Shown in pieces: positions 61,184 through 64,000 of a DNA stretch of 64,000 nt. The position numbers and the translations under genes were made by a program. Origin of the DNA: an uncultured Phycisphaerales bacterium. GTDB taxonomy: Bacteria > Planctomycetota > Phycisphaerae > Tepidisphaerales > Tepidisphaeraceae. The notes below the pieces were generated by a model. It was not told where the DNA came from. It did no database searches and worked only from the letters and a program-made list of their open reading frames with translations. Numbering within the stretch: position 1 is the stretch's first letter; each line of letters starts with the position of its first letter. Where the stretch lies: the NCBI GenBank assembly GCA_963755915.1, contig CAVWLP010000002.1, positions 2,176,001 through 2,240,000 of the forward strand, read 5' to 3'.

Positions 61184-62614
61184 CTACCGTTTGAAAAACG
61201 TCTTGCCCCGGCCGTTATATTTGCTGAGGCGGTTGTTGACGTAGAGGGATTCGAGCAGGAATTCGCCTACGCTGGCGAGCATGGCGGGGTCGGCGGCGTC
61301 GAGTTCCATTTCCTTGGCGAGTTGGGTGGCGCCCTGGGCCAGGCCCTTGATGGCTTTCATGTTGGCGACGAATTCTTCTGCCGGAAGGTCGTCGCCGGCG
61401 GGGAAGGTGAGATTTCCCTTGAACTGCTCGGTGATGTTTTCGTAATCCTCCGGATCGCCGTGGCGGGCGAAGACGGCCTTGACGGATTCGCCGACGAGGG
61501 AGCGAATGAGCTTGTCCTCGGCGCCTTCCTCCTCGGCGAGGGTCATTTCGATTTTTCCCCGGCAACTGGCGACGAGGTAATTCAGGTCGCACATGCGCGG
61601 GACGACGCGTTTTTCTTTGGTGGCCAGGGCGCGGCGCTCGGCGTTGCTGACCATGGTTTCCATGTTGGCGATGCTGGTGCGTACGGAAACGCCGGAGGCC
61701 TGCGAGACGTGCGGGCTGCTGCGGGCGAGGCGGACGACTTCTTCGACGATTTCGTTCATGAAGGCGGGGACGTCTACCTTTATGCCGGTGGTCGCGTCGG
61801 CGCCGCGGTCGAGCCAGGCGTTTTCCTGGGCGATTTGAATGCCCTCGGCGATGGTTTCGGGATAGTGGGTGCGGATGACGGAGCCGACGCGGTCTTTGAG
61901 GGGCGTGACGATTCGGCCGCGATTGGTGTAATCCTCGGGGTTGGCGCTGAAGACGAGGCAGACGTCGAGCTCGAGGCGGATGGGATAGCCGCGAATTTGC
62001 ACGTCGCGCTCTTCGAGGACGTTGAAAAGGCCGACCTGAATGCGCGGGGCGAGATCGGGCAACTCGTTGATGGCGAAGATTCCGCGGTTGCTGCGCGGGA
62101 TCAGGCCGTAGTGCATGGTGGATTCATCGGAGAGATAGCGCCCTTCGGCGTGCTTCACGAGGTCGATCTCGCCGATGAGATCGGCGATGGTTACGTCCGG
62201 CGTGGCGAGCTTTTCCTGGTAGCGGTCGTCGCGATGAACCCATTCGATGGCGGCGTCGTCTTTCTGCTCGGCGATGAGGCGCTTGCCGGTTTTGGTTATG
62301 GGGGCGAGGGGTTCGTCATTGATCTCGGTGCCGGCGAGGACGGGAATCCATTCGTCGAGCAAGTTGGGGAGCATGCGGAGAATCCGGGTTTTGGCCTGGC
62401 CGCGCAGGCCGAGGAAGAGGAGGTCGTGGCGGGAGAGGATTCCGTTGACGATCTGGGGGATGACCGAATCGCGGTATCCGACGATGCCGGGGAAAAGCTC
62501 TTCGCCGGCTTTGATCTTGCGGATGACGTTTCGCCGCAGCTCGTCTTTGACGGAGCATGGGTGATAGCCGGAATCTTTTAATTGGCCTACGGTTGCGGGA
62601 CGGGGGTGATTCAT
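61184..62614 (-). CDS. Mg-chelatase ChlI-like AAA+ ATPase
   Basis: GLRGQAKT, EKLATPD, INELPDL, ANPEDYTNRGRIVTPLKDR. Confidence 0.85.
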   Translation of the reverse strand: MNHPRPATVGQLKDSGYHPCSVKDELRRNVIRKIKAGEELFPGIVGYRDSVIPQIVNGILSRHDLLFLGLRGQAKTRILRMLPNLLDEWIPVLAGTEINDEPLAPITKTGKRLIAEQKDDAAIEWVHRDDRYQEKLATPDVTIADLIGEIDLVKHAEGRYLSDESTMHYGLIPRSNRGIFAINELPDLAPRIQVGLFNVLEERDVQIRGYPIRLELDVCLVFSANPEDYTNRGRIVTPLKDRVGSVIRTHYPETIAEGIQIAQENAWLDRGADATTGIKVDVPAFMNEIVEEVVRLARSSPHVSQASGVSVRTSIANMETMVSNAERRALATKEKRVVPRMCDLNYLVASCRGKIEMTLAEEEGAEDKLIRSLVGESVKAVFARHGDPEDYENITEQFKGNLTFPAGDDLPAEEFVANMKAIKGLAQGATQLAKEMELDAADPAMLASVGEFLLESLYVNNRLSKYNGRGKTFFKR

Positions 62615-62711
62615 CGACAGATCTTCTCCCAAAATGAGCCAGTCGATAATAGGGCGGGTGCGCGGGCAATCGCCACTGTGGGACGGAAAAACGTCAGACG
62701 GGGCCGTGTGG

Positions 62712-62951
62712 CTAGCCTGCGAGGGCGTATTGGGATTTTTTGCCCGATCGGCGGTTCTCAATAATGAGCTTTTTCACCCGCTGCGAGCCCAATTGCTGGT
62801 TTGCATTGAGCAATTCGATGCCGTAGACGCGGCCGTCGGGCCCGATGTCGACGTTCAACTCATCCGAAACTTCGATCGTTTTTACCTTCGCGCGTTTGGT
62901 GCGGAAGCGAATGTAGGCGATGTTGAATTCGGGATCGTAGGTCAAATACAT
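62712..62951 (-). CDS. DUF2283-like protein (putative antitoxin)
   Basis: YDPEFNIAYIRF...D....G...GIELLNA. Confidence 0.75.
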   Translation of the reverse strand: MYLTYDPEFNIAYIRFRTKRAKVKTIEVSDELNVDIGPDGRVYGIELLNANQQLGSQRVKKLIIENRRSGKKSQYALAG

Positions 62952-62964
62952 CGTCAGCCTCGAT

Positions 62965-63216
62965 TCAAAAATATTTCACGATTACCGTCACCACGAGCCA
63001 TCCACCGGGGATTGTAGCCGCAAACGCATCGATCTGCTTGTGCGCGTAACGGCTGCCGTTCCAGAGCTGGTCAAAGCGGAATACTCTGCGAAATCGTGTA
63101 CGCCCGAACTTGGCGATTGCCTGCCGGCCGCCGTCAACACATTGACGAACTTCCGCGACGGTTGCTCCTCGCTCTTGCATCCTGGTTCGAGCATGGGGCA
63201 AGATGCGAATCACCAC
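62965..63216 (-). CDS. DUF4258-like protein (putative toxin)
   Basis: PHARTRMQERG.T..EV...WLVVTVIVKY. Confidence 0.7.
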   Translation of the reverse strand: MVIRILPHARTRMQERGATVAEVRQCVDGGRQAIAKFGRTRFRRVFRFDQLWNGSRYAHKQIDAFAATIPGGWLVVTVIVKYF

Positions 63217-63249
63217 TGGGTCGGCTCCTAAAGATCAAAAAGTCGCCGC

Positions 63250-63585
63250 CTACTCCTCCGGCGGCCGCATCCGTTTTCCGGCTTCGGTCCAGGCATCGGT
63301 GTACTTCGTTTTCGGTTCGCCCTGGTCTGGTTGCTGACCTTGCCCTGGGAAAAAGTATCGGCCGACGCGAAAAATCAGCATCCAGCAGAGGCCCAGGACG
63401 ATCAGGACGGCACACATCAGTAGCAGGGCGTGGATGCCGATCAATTTTTTGCCGGCTTCGTCGGCGGATTTGAAATCCTCCAGGGCGCGGAGGAGATAGA
63501 CTTTTGTCAGCATCGCCAGCAGGAAATAGGAGAGGGCCAGGAATCCGACAAAGGCCCAGATCGATCGTCCCAACCGTTGCGGCAT
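63250..63585 (-). CDS. Hypothetical membrane protein
   Basis: Two TM segments, DAWTEAGKR ending. Confidence 0.55.
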   Translation of the reverse strand: MPQRLGRSIWAFVGFLALSYFLLAMLTKVYLLRALEDFKSADEAGKKLIGIHALLLMCAVLIVLGLCWMLIFRVGRYFFPGQGQQPDQGEPKTKYTDAWTEAGKRMRPPEE

Positions 63586-63600
63586 GATGGGTCCTTGAAA

Positions 63601-64000
63601 TTACGGGATCAGCCAGGGCACATCCGCGCGTGGGTTGAGGGGGTGCTTTTTGGCGATCTTGTCGATGGCGGAGCGGTCTTCGTCGTCGAGATTTTTGGGG
63701 ATGGCGATTTTCAGGACGACGATCTGGTCGCCTTTTTCTTCGCCGCGGTGAACGCCGTGGGCTTTGATGCGCAGCTTGGCGCCGCCGCTGGTTTCGGGGG
63801 GAATGGTGAGCGTTCGGGTGCCATCGAGGGTTGGGACGTCGACCTTTGCGCCGAGAATCGCTTCGTACATGCTGACGGGCAGATCGAGATAGACGTCGAG
63901 CCCATCGCGGCGGAAATAGGGGTGGGGGGAGACGCGGGTGACGATGTAGAGATCGCCGGCCTCGCTGGGGCCGGCCTGGCCGCGACCTTTTACACGGACG
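63601..64000 (-). CDS. DnaJ-class chaperone, C-terminal part (runs off the window)
   Basis: RVKGRG...GDLYI...HPYFRRDGLDV..EAILGAKVDVPTLDG. Confidence 0.85.
   Translation of the reverse strand, partial: VRVKGRGQAGPSEAGDLYIVTRVSPHPYFRRDGLDVYLDLPVSMYEAILGAKVDVPTLDGTRTLTIPPETSGGAKLRIKAHGVHRGEEKGDQIVVLKIAIPKNLDDEDRSAIDKIAKKHPLNPRADVPWLIP

Noticed and set aside
60815-62581. Long antisense ORFs (also 47282-48718, 26591-28060, 3049-4404)
   Set aside because: They are shadows of real genes in high-GC DNA and show no recognisable motifs.
1-64000. CRISPR array
   Set aside because: No regularly spaced repeat-spacer series and no cas genes were seen; the repeats are dispersed palindromes.

Overview
GC-rich bacterial chromosome segment, probably a Planctomycete (inferred from gene set and repeat families). 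It is mostly housekeeping genes (adk, lpxD-skp-bamA, typA, rtcB, pfk, accBC, pdxA, lepB, smpB, gltX, pssA/psd) plus tRNA-Arg, tRNA-Cys and tRNA-Leu. Many genes carry single-base frameshifts that look like assembly indel errors. Main observations: (1) A ~7.7 kb capsid-less integrative element (31046-38744) duplicates the 5' end of tRNA-Cys. Its att site lies inside the integrase gene. The integrated gene stops within the tRNA, while the excised circle would add an in-frame 60-aa C-terminal tail now stranded at the far end. The element also carries candidate arm sites, iteron-like repeats and an RFX-like winged-helix ORF. (2) An IS110/IS1111-type element sits in a palindromic repeat, and its downstream non-coding region contains a readable guide loop matching both target flanks. 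(3) A DUF692 (MNIO) RiPP cluster with a six-Cys precursor. (4) A REP-like palindrome family, with one copy in frame inside a kinase gene. (5) A pepP::pdxA chimeric duplication scar inside an accessory block. (6) Five toxin-antitoxin loci or remnants. All calls come from reading the sequence; no searches were run.
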